Numbered from the stretch's first letter, positions 13,201 through 26,601 are shown. The stretch: DNA of 64,000 nucleotides from Lama glama (GCA_028534125.1 CM052844.1:13206001-13270000), one strand, 5' to 3'. Program-made: numbers and translations. The notes: generated by a model from the letters alone, not told the origin.

Positions 13201-15977
13201 AGAAAGCTACAAAAGAGCTTCCTCTTAAATGAAATCATTCAAAGACCAGCCTATGTATGGAGATGCCCTCAGAATTTTTGAGAGACTGTCTTTATGTAAA
13301 AATGAATAAATGAACAAATGTTCTCTGAGCATCTATTACATAAAAATATGTATTCATTATTTAATATGTAATTAATTCATCATTTAATGTGTAACAGGCA
13401 CTGTTAAAATGGGATAAATAGGGTACCTATCACACAATTTAAGAAACTCCAACAATCTTTAAAACAACTGATTATAAAAATGTTCATTGTAGAAAATCTG
13501 AAGAATACAAAAAAGAATGAGGAAAAAAAATAAAATCGTCTTGAATTGCCCATTCAAAGAGAATCATGGACCAGTTTGTGGTGTTTCTTATTTTCCTGGG
13601 CATAGTCTACATGTAGATCATTTTTTTTTAATAGATCAAAAGATCTACTCTTCCCTGTACAAACATTATCAGTAGGTCATTATTGAGATAATACAGAATA
13701 TAGCTTTACCTCTTTATTTTGCCATTCAACATTATAGAGTGAGCATTTTCCGTATCATTAAATGTCATGTTAAAGAATCATTTAAATTGCACTTTATATT
13801 CTAATTCTTGTTCACCAGGTAATAGGATTTCCTTCTCACAATTACCTGATACTCACCTCAGTTCTTTATCAGAATGGTTTATTTAAGAAACAAGGAAAGT
13901 TGAGACCTTTCCACTAAAATGGTTAAAATAAAACCTTTGTAGGTTTAATGTCGGTTATCTGGAAAATTCACTTATGCAAAACTTATAATGATAAATAAAT
14001 GAGCTGTTAATGAATTCACGTCATGTCTGGTCCAAAAATGTCTATCTGCATGACAGAATAGCATCACTATTCCTTTAAGTGTCAGCACAGAGAGGTAGAA
14101 ACTGTGGTATCAATACAGCTGCATTTTTAAACAAAAATCCAGAGGACCATAGCTATATAAGTCAAGCAAAAAGTAAACTGATTATTTGGAAAAATTAATT
14201 AATAGGAATAACTACTGTCATCCAGATATTCAAGAACTTTTTTTTCAAATTATCATTTTTAATCTTCCCACTCCCTTCCCTTTCAAAATACATCCACTCA
14301 CCCAACACCGACAACACATACCACATAAGGCACAGCACACACAATAAACACACACACATGCTCACAAACACACATCCGCATTCCTGGATTAGTCAACCAA
14401 GTCTCCGTTTTGCTGTCGCGTTGAGTCGTAAGATTTAGTGACATATTTTTCATATCTTGTCATATCTAACTTGCAGAATCACATACATATGGTGAATTTG
14501 GGTTGCAGAATCATGACCAGATTTTTTTTCTAAAGCACAAATCAAAACATTTTGATCTTTCATTTAATATAAGCAATAAAACCCCTCACTTTACCTTTTT
14601 TTGTAACTTTGTAAAACATGTGATTTGGGTGTGGGGGGGTGGTTTCACTGTGTCAAAAAACATCTTGAACCCCTCTGCCTTTTTTCTCCCTCCTCCTCGA
14701 AGGTTCTTCAACTTAGAATTCAGATCCAAATCCAAGTCTAACTGAAATTCAATTCAGTTGTTAATCCTGTAAAGGGATACAAGAGCTGCTACACATGCTG
14801 GCAGACCCAAAAATCTATGAATTTTTACTTTTAATAATGTTTTCCCTGTCTCTAATTCCCTGTGTAAGAAAACGTTCTCTGGGACAATTACCCCCGTAAT
14901 GGCCTTGCCAGAATCAATTTCAACTTCAGCTGTCTCGGTTCGGTAACAGTCTAAGATTCTTTTTCCTACAATTTTCATTTTCTTGCAAAGAAAACTAAGT
15001 TTCTTTTTTCATGGTCCTCCCAAATGCCTTCACATACTGTTAAATACACACAGGACATATATGTATTAACATTATGAAACGGGACAATAGCCAGGCCGTC
15101 TCCGACTTACAAATGGGTTAAGTTCTAAAAACCCTTTTATCAATCATTTAATGCATGTTACACATTTCCCCAGAGAAACAGTGGTAGCACTAAAGGGTAG
15201 GGTCCAAGAAAAACAAAAAATAATTTAAACCATAGTGCATCGGTATAAAGCACTTTAAGCAACATTTAAGTGGCACCTAGCCACCAGTGATAATAAGAAA
15301 TTCATTCTCAATTCTAGTAATGCATACCAGAAACACATCTCTCTCTGTTCAGTGGTTTCTCTGCAGGGGACAGAAGGAATGGCATGTGGGGTTAGGGGGG
15401 ACTGTGTGACATAGGCAAAAATAATCCCCATGCCAATATCTTGTTAACACTCCACAGCTTCAAAAGGAAACACATTTCTCCAGATATATCACACCCCAGG
15501 GGGTCCAAACTGAGGGGAAAAAAGGATAAATTTGTCCAGAAGAAATGGGACCTCTAGCCTTCAATATATTCGTTGGCCTGATGTTTGTCTATCAGATTTT
15601 TTTTTTTTTGCTTTTTCACTGAGAGGAGGATAAACATTTTTTGGAATAACTTTAAAATGTAATGAAATTCAAATTGCATACCCTTGAGGGTTCAGAAGCT
15701 GCTCTCAGGTCACCATTGCATTTGTACCTAAGAATTTCACCAGCGGAAGTGACCAGCAAGCCAGCTGCAAGGAGGCAGGTGAAAGCATCACTTTCTCAGT
15801 GAATCCATCACCTCTAAGGGATGAAACGGTGATCTCACGGCACGTGAGCAGCCATTCCACCCCCTCTACCATGTTCGAGCATCACTCATCAATTGCCTTG
15901 TGTTGCCTGCTGAGCCTGAATGAGGTTTCAGAATCATGTCCTACAAGGGTGCCACACTTTCTCCACTTAAAAAAAAA

Positions 15978-18255
15978 AATCAATCAATCAATGTAATCTA
16001 CCATATTATTACACCAAAAAAGAAAAACCATATGATCATAATAAGAGATGCAAAAAAAGCAGTAGTCAAAATTCACTCATGATAGGAACTCTTAGTGACC
16101 TAGGAATAGAAGTGAATTTCCTCAACCTGACAATGGGCTGTAGGCTTTTTTTAATAAAAGAATGTCCAGAACTCACTCAGAGTCAGGAATAGGACCTTTT
16201 CCTATCAGCCAGAATAAAAAAAACCCTTTAATTCACAGGGTGTTGTATAGCAGCAGACTTCCTCAAACTGATTAAGGGCAACTACAGAAATGTTACAGGT
16301 ATCATTGCATTTAGTGATAAAAAAGAATAGATGTTTTCACCCTAAGTTCAAGTATAAGGAAGGATGTCCGCTCTCACCACTTTAACATGGTTTTTGGAGG
16401 TTCCAGCCAGTACAACACAACAAGAAAAATAAAAGACATCCAGATTTGAAAGACAACTTATCTGCAGACAGCAAGACCATTTATGTAGAAAATCCTATGG
16501 AATTTATAAAGCAACAGACACTAAAATAGCAAGTGGGTTTTGTAAGGTGGCAAGATACAAAATCGATATATTTTTATATACAAGCAATGAAAAATCAGAA
16601 ATTGAAATTAAAATAACTATCATACATCACTATAAGAAATTTTAAAAAGACCTACGTAACTAGAGAAATACATCATGTTCTTCATTGACTGGAAGAGTCA
16701 ATAACGTTAAGATGGTAATTTGTCCCAACTTCATCTAGAGATTCAACAGTACCCCAACAACCTTTTTGTAGGAATTGACAAGCTGATTTTGAGCAACATG
16801 TGAAAATGCAAAGGGCACAGAGCACTGAAAACAACTTTGAAAGTAAGAGCAAATTTGGAGGACTAACAGCATCTTATATCAAGACGTTATAAAATGTCAG
16901 TAGTCAAGAATGTTGGTATTGGCATAAAGACAGACAAATTGATCAAAGGAATGGAACGGAGGGCCCAGAAATAGACCTACACATACATGGGCAGCTGATT
17001 TTTTACAAAGGCGCAAAAACAATTTATTGATAAAATAGGCTTTTCATGGCTATCGGCATATGAAATACAAATTTAAAAACCACTTTGACCCATATCCACA
17101 CCACATATAACAGCTAACTTAAGTGGATCATGTACCTACACGTAAACCCCAGAACTATAAAACTACTGGGGAAAAAAATCATAGGAGAAAAACCACTGTG
17201 ACTTTGGGGAAGGCAAATTTTTTAACATGAGTCCAAAAACATAATACATCAAAAAACAAATTATAAATTAGACTTCATCAAATTTAAAGACTTCTGCTTT
17301 AGGAAAGACATTGTGAAGAGCATGAAAACCAAACTAAAGACTATGACCAAATATTTATATGTCACGTGTGATAAAGAATTTTTATCCAGAATATATAAAG
17401 ATTCTTGAGACTAAATTACAGGGGAAAAAATCCTCATTTTAAAATGAGGCAAAAGATTTGAATACACTTTTTAACAAAGAAGACATATGAATTGCAAATT
17501 AACTCACAAAAAGATGCTCAACATCATAAGTCGTTAAGGAAATTCAAACTGGAAACGTAATGAGATACTGCAACACATCAGAGAGGCCAAAATGAGACGT
17601 CCCCTCACACACCAAGGACAGGGAGGAGCGGGAAGCGACTTGCTGGTGGGAATGTAAAATGGTGCAAGTATTCTGCGACTGTTTGGCAGTTTCATAAAAA
17701 GTTAAACATATGCATGTTATGTGGTTCAGCCATTTCACTCCTAGATACTTACCTAAGAGAAATGAAGGTGAATATCCATACCAGGCCTGGTTCAGGAATA
17801 CATAAAGCCGCTTTATCGATCTTAGCCAAGTACCGCAAACAACCGAAATGTCTATCAAGAGGTGAGTGGATAAACCACCTGTGATGTATCCACACAATGG
17901 AATACCAGCTAGTGACGAAAAGGAATGAACTATGTGATGACCACGAACGAATTTTAAAATGATTTTGCTGAGTGAAAGAAAAGCAGAAAGGGTATCTAAC
18001 GTATGATACTCTTTTTACATAAAATTCTAGAAAATGCAAACCAGTCTAGAGGGACCAAAAGCAGATCCGTGGTTGCCTGGGGACCACGGGGCGGGAATAA
18101 CAGAAAGCGATTACAAAAAGTTATAAGGACATTTTGATGTTTCACAGGTGTGTTCATAGGTCAAAATGTACCAAGCTGTCAATTTTAATTATTTGCAGCT
18201 TACTGTATGTTAGTTACACCTTCATATGGTTGTTAAAATACCAAAAAATAAAAAT
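15978..18255 (+). mobile_element. Old 5'-truncated L1 (L1MC/L1MD-like), degenerate ORF2 and 3' UTR
   Basis: ORF2 remnants (aatcaatcaatgtaatctaccatatt, aaaaaccatatgatc, gattcaacagtacccc, ccagaaatagacctac, aaagatgctcaacatca) and an L1M-type 3' UTR (aaaattctagaaaatgcaaac, aaagcagatccgtggttgcctgggg). Many stops and frameshifts. Confidence 0.85.
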
Positions 18256-20432
18256 AGCCAGACTTATAGACTCTAATTCAATCCTCTGGAGAGAATCCAA
18301 CTGGATGGACAGCTCAGTTTCATGCAAAGAAAGAGTATTTGTGTTCGAGAATGGTTTCTAAACAGATGGGAGGTTAAAGAAGGACTATGTTAATCCTGTT
18401 TAACCCACTTACTTTTATCAAACCATATGCATCATTTTTTTAGTAAAAAAATGTAAATGGGTTATTTATTGGCAATAGTGGAGAAACGGGCAAACATACA
18501 ATGATCTGTGTGGGCCTTCTCCACTTCCGGTGTCAGGGCTGAAGCCACTGAGGTTCCCAGCATCTCCAGCTCAAAAATGGATGTGACTGGTGATGGCAGA
18601 CCCCCGTGGACCATGCCAGGCTCCCGGCTGGAAAGAAAGCATCTCTCGTTTTAGGTCCTTAAAGAGAAAACACCGCACTCCCGCCTCCAGACCGAGACTC
18701 AGCCTATTATAATGCTCCCTTTCCTCTCTCTGGTCCTGCCAGCCCAGGCCAGTCTGAACTGCTCTTTCTTACCCATGGTTAAGGCTTAGCTCATCCGCTG
18801 ACTCACTTGTAGAAAAGCTTTAGGTTCTAGGTCCTTCCTCTGCACAGGGGGAAATAATTTGATATTTAAATATAGAATCCTGCCATTACTACATTCAAGA
18901 CTTGCCGACTAGCACAGAGCGATAACTAGTCCACACTCTAAAAATACCGACAGCTAAACTACAGGGTTATATGCCTCTTCCTACTTCTACATCTCAAGGT
19001 GAGAAAATCCTAAACGAAACAAGATACTATGTAACAAAGTCCCTGGAGAAAGCTGTTCTTTCTCAATCAAAAGAAGATAAAACAAATGGAACTTTAAGGT
19101 CTTCTTAACTCTAAGTGGCCGTGTGAGCTTGGGCGAGTCGCAACTTGTGAGTCCTCGATTTTCCCAGCTGTAGAAATGATACGATTATACGGAAAGATCT
19201 CGAAGGTCTCATTCAATTCTACGCAGACACATATACCCCCAGGCCTTGGTGGGTTTGCAATCTGGTAAGAATAGAAAACTAACCATCTTGAAAAAAAACA
19301 GCATGCATTACTAGAAAAAAGTACAATTAGGTGTTCAATTATGTGGTACAGATTCTCAGTACTCCAAGAATCGGAGGCACAGCAACGCAGTAATTTCTGA
19401 GGTTGCAGAAGCAAGTTCAGGTTCATGGAAAAGTGGTGGTTTCATCTGGGTCTTAGAAACGACTTACGAGCATTGTGATTCCAAAACCCACTGGGGTAGT
19501 GGCTAATTTTCAGGGCAGGAGCTGTGTCTTCCTAATTGCACTTTTCCTCCCCAGAGCTCCTTGTCTACCTCCTTGGATTTCGCTCCAAATCTAGTCTATC
19601 TTGTCCTGTTTACTGGGGACCCATGCATGCCAGTGCAACGCTGTGGCGAGATCTTCGAGAGCCAGGCTTCTGCTCAACATTTCTGCATCCAGATTCATCA
19701 ATTCTGTGGTCTGACACCAAGTTAGATCATATATTCTTTAAGTCACAGCCCTTTCCAAACTCTTGTCATAGAAATGCAATAGATTTAAAGTGTGTGATAA
19801 GAGTAGGTTTCAAAGGAACAGAAATTAGTAAAGGGAATCCGAGGAAGCTGGAGTGGAGTGGATGCTGATGGCGGTTGCTTCTGTAGCACATACGGGCCAC
19901 AAACGGTACAGATATGCCCACACACACAACAGCCTTTTGCGGTCATGGAGTAAAGATCATGAGCCTCAAGCCTTTTGCCCTTCGGATGATCTTCTTTGTG
20001 TTTAGCTCTACTGCCTTCTACCCTGTTTGCCATCTTCTCGAATCTTCCCTCCACTCTGCATAGCTTGGGTACCCGGTGCTAGGTTATGAGAACTGCAGTC
20101 CAGTGTCAACTGTCTGCATCCTTCCCCCAGCCTCCACTATGCAGCTGAGCCTAGAGTGATGATTTCTAAGACATCTGTTTCTTCATCTATTTATTTATCC
20201 CTTATATTTAATTTTCCTTAGGTAATCGAAATGTTCTTTGCTTTATTAAATTACTGTAGGGTCAAATTTCAAAGCACAGTTAATTCTGGTGCAGCCATGG
20301 GCTGAGGCTGAAGGTCCCATTGAACTTAGAACTGCCTGAATAGTATAGAAATTTGGGGCATGATGGCTTAGGGGACTTGAGCTAAAGGATGGCGTATGTC
20401 TAGTCTCCAGGCAGATGATGGGCCAGGAAGGG

Positions 20433-20585
20433 TGCAGTAGATCGTGTTAATGGCCCCAAATATTCTTCATCTCTTCAGAACTTGGGCCCTTTGCCATGTG
20501 ATTTTGCAGTTTTAATCAAGAGGTGAACTCTATTCCCCTCCCCTTGAGTTTGGGCTGGACTTACATCTTGCTTTGGCCAATTGCA
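20433..20585 (+). mobile_element. MaLR LTR 5' fragment (MLT1E/F-like)
   Basis: aatggccccaaa...ccctttgccatgtgattttgcag...ctattcccctccccttgagtttgggctgg...ttgctttggccaat. Confidence 0.65.
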
Positions 20586-20609
20586 CATGATAAACTTGGG
20601 GGGGTGATC

Positions 20610-20812
20610 TCTGTTCAGTTAAGAACCTGGGCTCTGCAATCAAATGTCAGCTGCGTAGCCTTGGACCAAGTGACTTGGGTGAGTTACTTGTCTTATGCCT
20701 TGGTTTCTTAATCTGTAAAATAGGGAGATATGTACGTCAGAGATACATCAATCAGATGAGATATTCCAGGTAAAGCTTGGTACAAAGTAGATGCTCAATA
20801 AATGCTAGGCAT
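20610..20812 (+). mobile_element. MIR SINE
   Basis: ccttggaccaagtgactt...ggtttcttaatctgtaaaataggg...tagatgctcaataaatgctag. Confidence 0.7.
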
Positions 20813-21004
20813 TTCTCATTTCTATCTTCTGGCGTTGATCTCTGATTTTACAACGCAAACACTGGTGATTTCAGAGCCTAGGCTGATCATATGAAACAAG
20901 AGTGCTGCATAGGGACGCGTGGAAGGTCCTCCCAAATCCTGGGTTTTATGATCCTAAGAATAAATACAGCATTAAGAAGCTGGATGTCCAGACGTTTTCT
21001 GAAA

Positions 21005-21023
21005 TGTCCACTAGGTGGCGACA
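21005..21023 (+). promoter_or_regulatory. CTCF-binding motif
   Basis: TGTCCACTAGGTGGCGACA closely matches the CTCF core consensus (CCAC[C/T]AG[G/A][G/T]GGC[G/A]) in apparently non-repetitive DNA. Confidence 0.55.
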
Positions 21024-22231
21024 TGTTGTCATATTTCTTGTCCTCACTGTCTAAATTCGAAGCAGGAATCCTGAGAGACCACATTGCCCTCATCTGAGAA
21101 TTAAGAATTTTGTTATCTCAAACAAAAATGTGCTGGCTACAGTCATTATCTGAAGAACAAAAAACATTCCAATTAGTGGCCTCTCGTTTAACAAATAACA
21201 TTTTATTCACATGTTATTCTTCTTTTTATTCACATGGTTCCCCTTATATCATAAGAGCAACACAATGTTCACTATTACACTCCAGGATTTGTCTATTTTC
21301 TATTCTTGGGCTCTTATTTATTTGATTTGTGGATGTTCTGTGTTAACTTGTTGGTTGCCTGATGAAAGATAAGGAGATGTTCATCCCCATGATTCAAAAC
21401 ATTTCATCTCCTGCCCTTCTGCTCCTTTGCCACGGTATTAACAACTTAGAGAGACAAAGGAGAAACAGGTTTTCCCCTCTCCTGGATTTTATGTTCTTCG
21501 ATCAAAGTACTGATGCAGACAAAAAAAGTCAGGAGCAGCACATGGGACTGACAGTGTGATAAAACTAAAGGTGGCATTTTCACCAATATCAAAGTAATCT
21601 CTCCAAAATGAATGTCTATGTTGCACTCTTTTTACTATTCCTGTATAGTGTGTTTATTTGCAGAGGCATAGGAAAGGCACGAGGGAGAAGTCAGTGAATC
21701 TGACATAAAAGGAGGCTTTGGGAAGCAGCTGTCAATGAGAGCGCAAGGAGTAAATGAAACTGTGGGTGAGGCAGAAAACGTTCCTAGTGGTGCGCATTGT
21801 CCTTAAAGAGCTACATCCTGGGGAAGGGCTTCAATTTACAGGCAAAGCGCAATCATATAACAAACCCATGATAAGGAGATGAACTGGAAAATATTTGTAT
21901 GATGAAATTTTGTTACTTTTTATACTATGTATTTGAGTCCATCACTGAAGAGTGCTTTGGAAGTGCCATGGCTGTCGGCTGCCATTCCATTGACTTCCAC
22001 TTAGTAGAAAGCATTCAGCGGGTGGGGAAGAGCTGACTTGAATGAATGAAATTCTAGAACCAATGCTGCCTGTAGGCATTGCTTCTGAAATCCCACTGCC
22101 TAGAATAAAACAGTCATATGTCCTTGGTGAATGCACATGCTGCGTCTTTACTTTTTAATTAAAACAGTCATTCATGATGCAACTATTCCCTGGAAGTTAA
22201 CCTCCTGGCCTATTATAAAATTCACATTCTC

Positions 22232-22857
22232 CTGGCATCTATCCAGAAGGAATCCTACTTCAANNNNNNNNNNNNNNNNNNNNNNNNNNNNNNNNNNNNN
22301 NNNNNNNNNNNNNNNNNNNNNNNNNNNNNNNNNNNNNNNNNNNNNNNNNNNNNNNNNNNNNNNNNNNNNNNNNNNNNNNNNNNNNNNNNNNNNNNNNNNN
22401 NNNNNNNNNNNNNNNNNNNCATTTGCAGCAAGGTGGGTGTTCCTGAAGAATGTCATTCTAAGTGAAGTAAGCCAGAAAGAGAAAGAAAAATACCATATGA
22501 GATCGCTATATGTGGAATCTAAAAAAACCAAAACATAAATATAAAACAGAAACAGATTCAGAGACATAGAATACAGAGTTGTGGTTGCCAGCAGAGCGGG
22601 GTGTGGGAAGGGACAGACTGGGATTTCAAAATGTAGAATATATAAACAAGTTTATACAGTACAGCACAGGGAAATATATACAAGATCTTGTGGTAGCTCA
22701 CAGGAAAAAAAAATGTGACAATGTATATATATATGTTCATATATGACTAAAAAATGGTCCTCTACACTGGAATTTGACACAACATTGTAAAATGACTATA
22801 ACTCAATAAAAAAAAGTTAAAAATAAATAAATAAACAAACAGCAAATCAGCAAAAAA
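22232..22857 (+). mobile_element. Young lineage-specific (camelid-type) L1, 5'-truncated, contains an assembly gap
   Basis: L1 ORF2 C-terminus (ILSEVSQKEKEKYHMRSL), 3' UTR and poly(A). Perfect 15-bp TSD aaaattcacattctc at 22217-22231 and 22858-22872. Confidence 0.93.
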
Positions 22858-23042
22858 AAAATTCACATTCTCAAACTCAGATTTTTAAGCAAACTTTCGA
22901 AATGACTTCTGCTGTTATATAGTGATGGCGCTGGGGCCTAGAGTGGAAAAGGAGGTTTATTGATCCCAATATATATTTTTGAAGAAGGGTCATCCAGCTC
23001 GAACCTCCAGTTCTATTGAAAGTCACCCGGTGGTTATGTATA

Positions 23043-23440
23043 AATATTTGCAGATGTTGTATGGGAAGGTTTTATCTGTTTGTTTTGTAAGGAATACACT
23101 GTAGGTATCTGAATGGTTTAGAATCATTTAAAGTTGTAGTCGCTGGGGGCTGGAAACTTCACCTTAGCCAGAACGAAGTAGACCATTGTTCATTAAGCAA
23201 ATATTTATTGACATCGTGATATAGGCCTTCAGATGGTAATACAGGAATATCTGCAAATATTGCACAGTGGGGTTTCACCTGTTTGTTTTGCAAAGAGCAC
23301 GCCGTCAGGACATGGATGGTTTACAACTACTGAGGGTTGCAATTGCTGAGAGCTGGAAATTCGGCTGGCCTTAGCAAGAACAAAGCATATCGCTGTTCCT
23401 TAAACAAATACTTACTGACTTCCTGATTCAGGCCTCAGGA
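23043..23440. repeat. Old tandem duplication, period ~203 bp, 2 copies
   Basis: 23043-~23232 aligns colinearly with 23246-~23440 (ctgtttgttttg, atggttta, gctggaaa, ccttagc.agaac, caaata.tta.tgac, aggcct). Confidence 0.8.
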
Positions 23441-23929
23441 ATTCAGTGGCTGTCCACATAGACCTAACTCTGCCCTCACAATTACTCAAACGAGACAGTA
23501 GGTAAACACTCACAATACATGTGGTCACGAAGGGAAAGCAGGCTAGTGGACATCTGAAATAAAAGGAAGATTTCCCAGAATCCTCACTGGAACCTGAGTC
23601 TACTAAATAAATGTCCTGTACATGTCAAGCAAAGAAAAAAAAACAAACAAAAGCCCATGTTGCTTAATGTGACTGATTTCAGATAATCAGGAAACATGGC
23701 ACACTACCAACCTGTTGGGACTCTGGGATCCTTCAAGCTAGCGCAGAATCTACAAACTCTTTCTGATCCCCGCCGCACTGACTCCCCGGATTTAACCTCT
23801 AGTGTCCGTTCCCATGGATAGAATCTGTAAGTGATGCTCACTGCCCTCTGGATGCTGGCAGCTGGGAAGATGTCTTTCTAGGACCTCCAGACACTTCTGC
23901 TCACACTAGTGAACTATATATCCTTAATA

Positions 23930-24460
23930 AGTATCTGTTACATATTTTTCTCAAACCTGTTTATGCCAGCTCTACTCTGCTTTTTAGTTTTTTTAATTTA
24001 TTTAAATATTATGTAAACGGATAAAGGAGTGTAAAAAAGAGTAGACGCTTTTATGAAAACAAGCTGAGTGCTTTGAAGACTCAAACGCAGATTGCTCTTA
24101 AAATAAATGTAGGTACGAAAATTCATGCAGAAACAGTCAAAATCGAGAAGGGTCCTAACATTAGATTGATTCATAAGTGTGTTTAAGTCCTTACTTTTCT
24201 TTAAAAGAACTGAATTTGGACATTCTAGACCATGCCCTTTTGGGTCTACATATTTAGAATCAAGATGCCCCAAGATGATTCATTAGAGGTCAAGCCACTT
24301 ACTCAAAAACTTGAGCCCTGCCCCAAAATACTGGCCAATAAAGATGTACTTATGTTTTAAGTTAAAGAAAAATGTTCTAAGTATTTACATATCATTTTTC
24401 ATGATTCTACCACTTTAACCAACTTTTTGGATCCCACTGCAACTGTTTTCATCAAAGAAA
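23930..24460 (+). mobile_element. Tigger-type DNA transposon remnant (Tigger15a-like)
   Basis: Degenerate transposase N-terminal region (ttttatgaaaacaagctgagtgctttg) and 3' region (tatgttttaagttaaagaaaaatgtt...tttttcatgattc...ctttaaccaactttt). Confidence 0.55.
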
Positions 24461-25757
24461 TTCTTTAAAGAGGAGTCAAGCGTCCCCTGCTTCCCATTCT
24501 TTACTCGTTTTCCTCCTTAAACCCTTGAATCTAGACGTTGGTGACCTCAGTGGGTTCCCCTGGCAGCCTAGCCACCACGGCCAGTGGTTTGTGTCTCTCA
24601 TTTCCTTTTCGCTCGCTCTCCCTTCCCTGTTCCTTCCAAGTTCAGACGCTCACATTTTGTAGAAGTTGCCCAGCTAGCCCACTGCCCCAGATGCCCCATT
24701 AATCTTCCTAAAACACAGTTCTGTTCAGGTTGCCCAAGTCTTACCTGGAAGGTTGTGGGGCCAGGCAGGAGGAGGGCGGGTGAGAGAGAGGCAGATGGGA
24801 ACGGGGATGTAAGGAGGGGCTGTAAAGGTGAGTTGAATGGACGTGGAGACCAACCAGGTGAGCAGAGGTCACCGAAAAACCCAAACTGTGGTTGAGGGAA
24901 AGCCAGGATAATTGTGCAAAATGTGAGGACTGAAGGACTTAAAATGGAAGGGAAAACCATAAAGTGAAATAGGCTTGGAAGACCGCAACATGGAAAATAT
25001 ATTGAATGTGGTCTGAACAACAAGGAGGCCTTGAAGCAAGATGAAAGGTGAAGCTGGCTTTCTCTGAGCTACTTGGTATTTGAGCTCCCGAGCAACCCTG
25101 GGATCTGGGGTTGAGTTTAAGATCTGTGATGCCTTTTCAATTCTATACCTACCTTTGGAAATTCCTTGGAAAACTCTCTGTCCCCACTGCATGCATTCTC
25201 GCTGGGCTTGTTGACCAAGATGCTCTTCCGAACTTTGGCCAGATGATGAGCAAATGACTCATATGGATCAACAGACCCTCTGTCTTGAAAATTTGAAACT
25301 TGGATGGAGAGAATCTTGGGCGTTGATGGACCCAACACAAGCGTCTTGGAAAGACTTCGCACCGGGTCCTGCTCCTGGTGCCCTGGTCTAGTAGAGCCAC
25401 CTCGGTTTCCCGTCTTCCTGAGGCTTGGTTGTTCAGCTTTTCTCTTGATTTTGTGACCTCCTTCCAATGAACTCATTCCATTAACTCTCAGTGGGGGTGC
25501 AGTTTCCACTGCGTCCTGCGTGAGGGCGCTGACGGATTCTTCAGCGTAAAGGACGATCCTGGCTTCTGCCTACTGGGCTTTTCTGTCCTAATACTCAGTG
25601 GTTCCCCATGACCCAGCGTATTAAGTGTACATGCCTCACCGGGGAGTTTCAAGCCTCCCAGAATATAATAAAGAGCTACTTCCCAAGTTGTATTTCCTAC
25701 TATTTTCCTGTTTTACATTCTGCTCTCTAGTCAATAAATTACCAAGTATTAGCCATC

Positions 25758-26167
25758 TGGGGTAAATTGTTACAATAAAGATTGACAGTGAATCTCACCT
25801 CCTGGTGTCCAGTGCTCCCTGCATTGATGCTGGGTTTGGTCACGTGACTTGCTTTGGCCAATGGGATGTTGGAAAATGTGCAGAAGCAGAGGCTTATTAA
25901 AAATAAAAAAAGCCTTTGTGCTCTGGGGTTCATCCCCTTAGAACATTGCTGCCTTCATGCCAGAAAATCCAGTTGAGCCTTTTTGAGGATGAAAGCGCGT
26001 GCGGTGAGAGAGATCCAGCTGTTCCTGCCTCCAGCAGTCCCCCAGCTAAAGCCTCAGGAGTGAGTGAGCACCCCACAGAATCAAATTATGAGAACTGATA
26101 AATGATGGTTATTTTAAACTACTAAGTGTTAGGGTAGTTGGTTACAGAGCAGTAGATAACCAAGACA
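25758..26167 (+). mobile_element. MaLR LTR (MLT1F/G-like)
   Basis: ggtcacgtgacttgctttggccaatgggatgtt...gaggatgaaag...ttttaaactactaagtgttagggtagttggttacagagcagtagataac. Confidence 0.75.
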
Positions 26168-26601
26168 AAATTTGTTCCCATTGTCCTAAGTTCATCAGAT
26201 ACATGTTTTGTCTTCCAAGTATGGCTCGTCCATGTTCCACTAGTCGTCTCCTTACTGCTCCCCTGGCCTCTGCCCGCTGTCAGGTCGCAAAGTCAATGCC
26301 ACCTGCTTTCATTTATCCTTATGGCAGTATCTGCCTAACCAGTTTCCTTCTCTTGCAAAACACTGCATCCTGTTTTTAAATGTATTACAACGTTTTATAA
26401 GTGCCACTTCTTTTGTGAAGGCTTTCCTCCTCTACCAGCTGAGGTTTCTCCCTTTTCTGAAACCCTCACAGTACTCTGAACATCTCTCATACTAATGATT
26501 CGCATCATATTCTCTCCTGCCCCATCGCTGTCTCCCGGGTAGCCCCCTGTGAGGTATTTACCAGCTGTTGGAGCACGTGTCACCTCTCTGCACTCCCGAT
26601 G

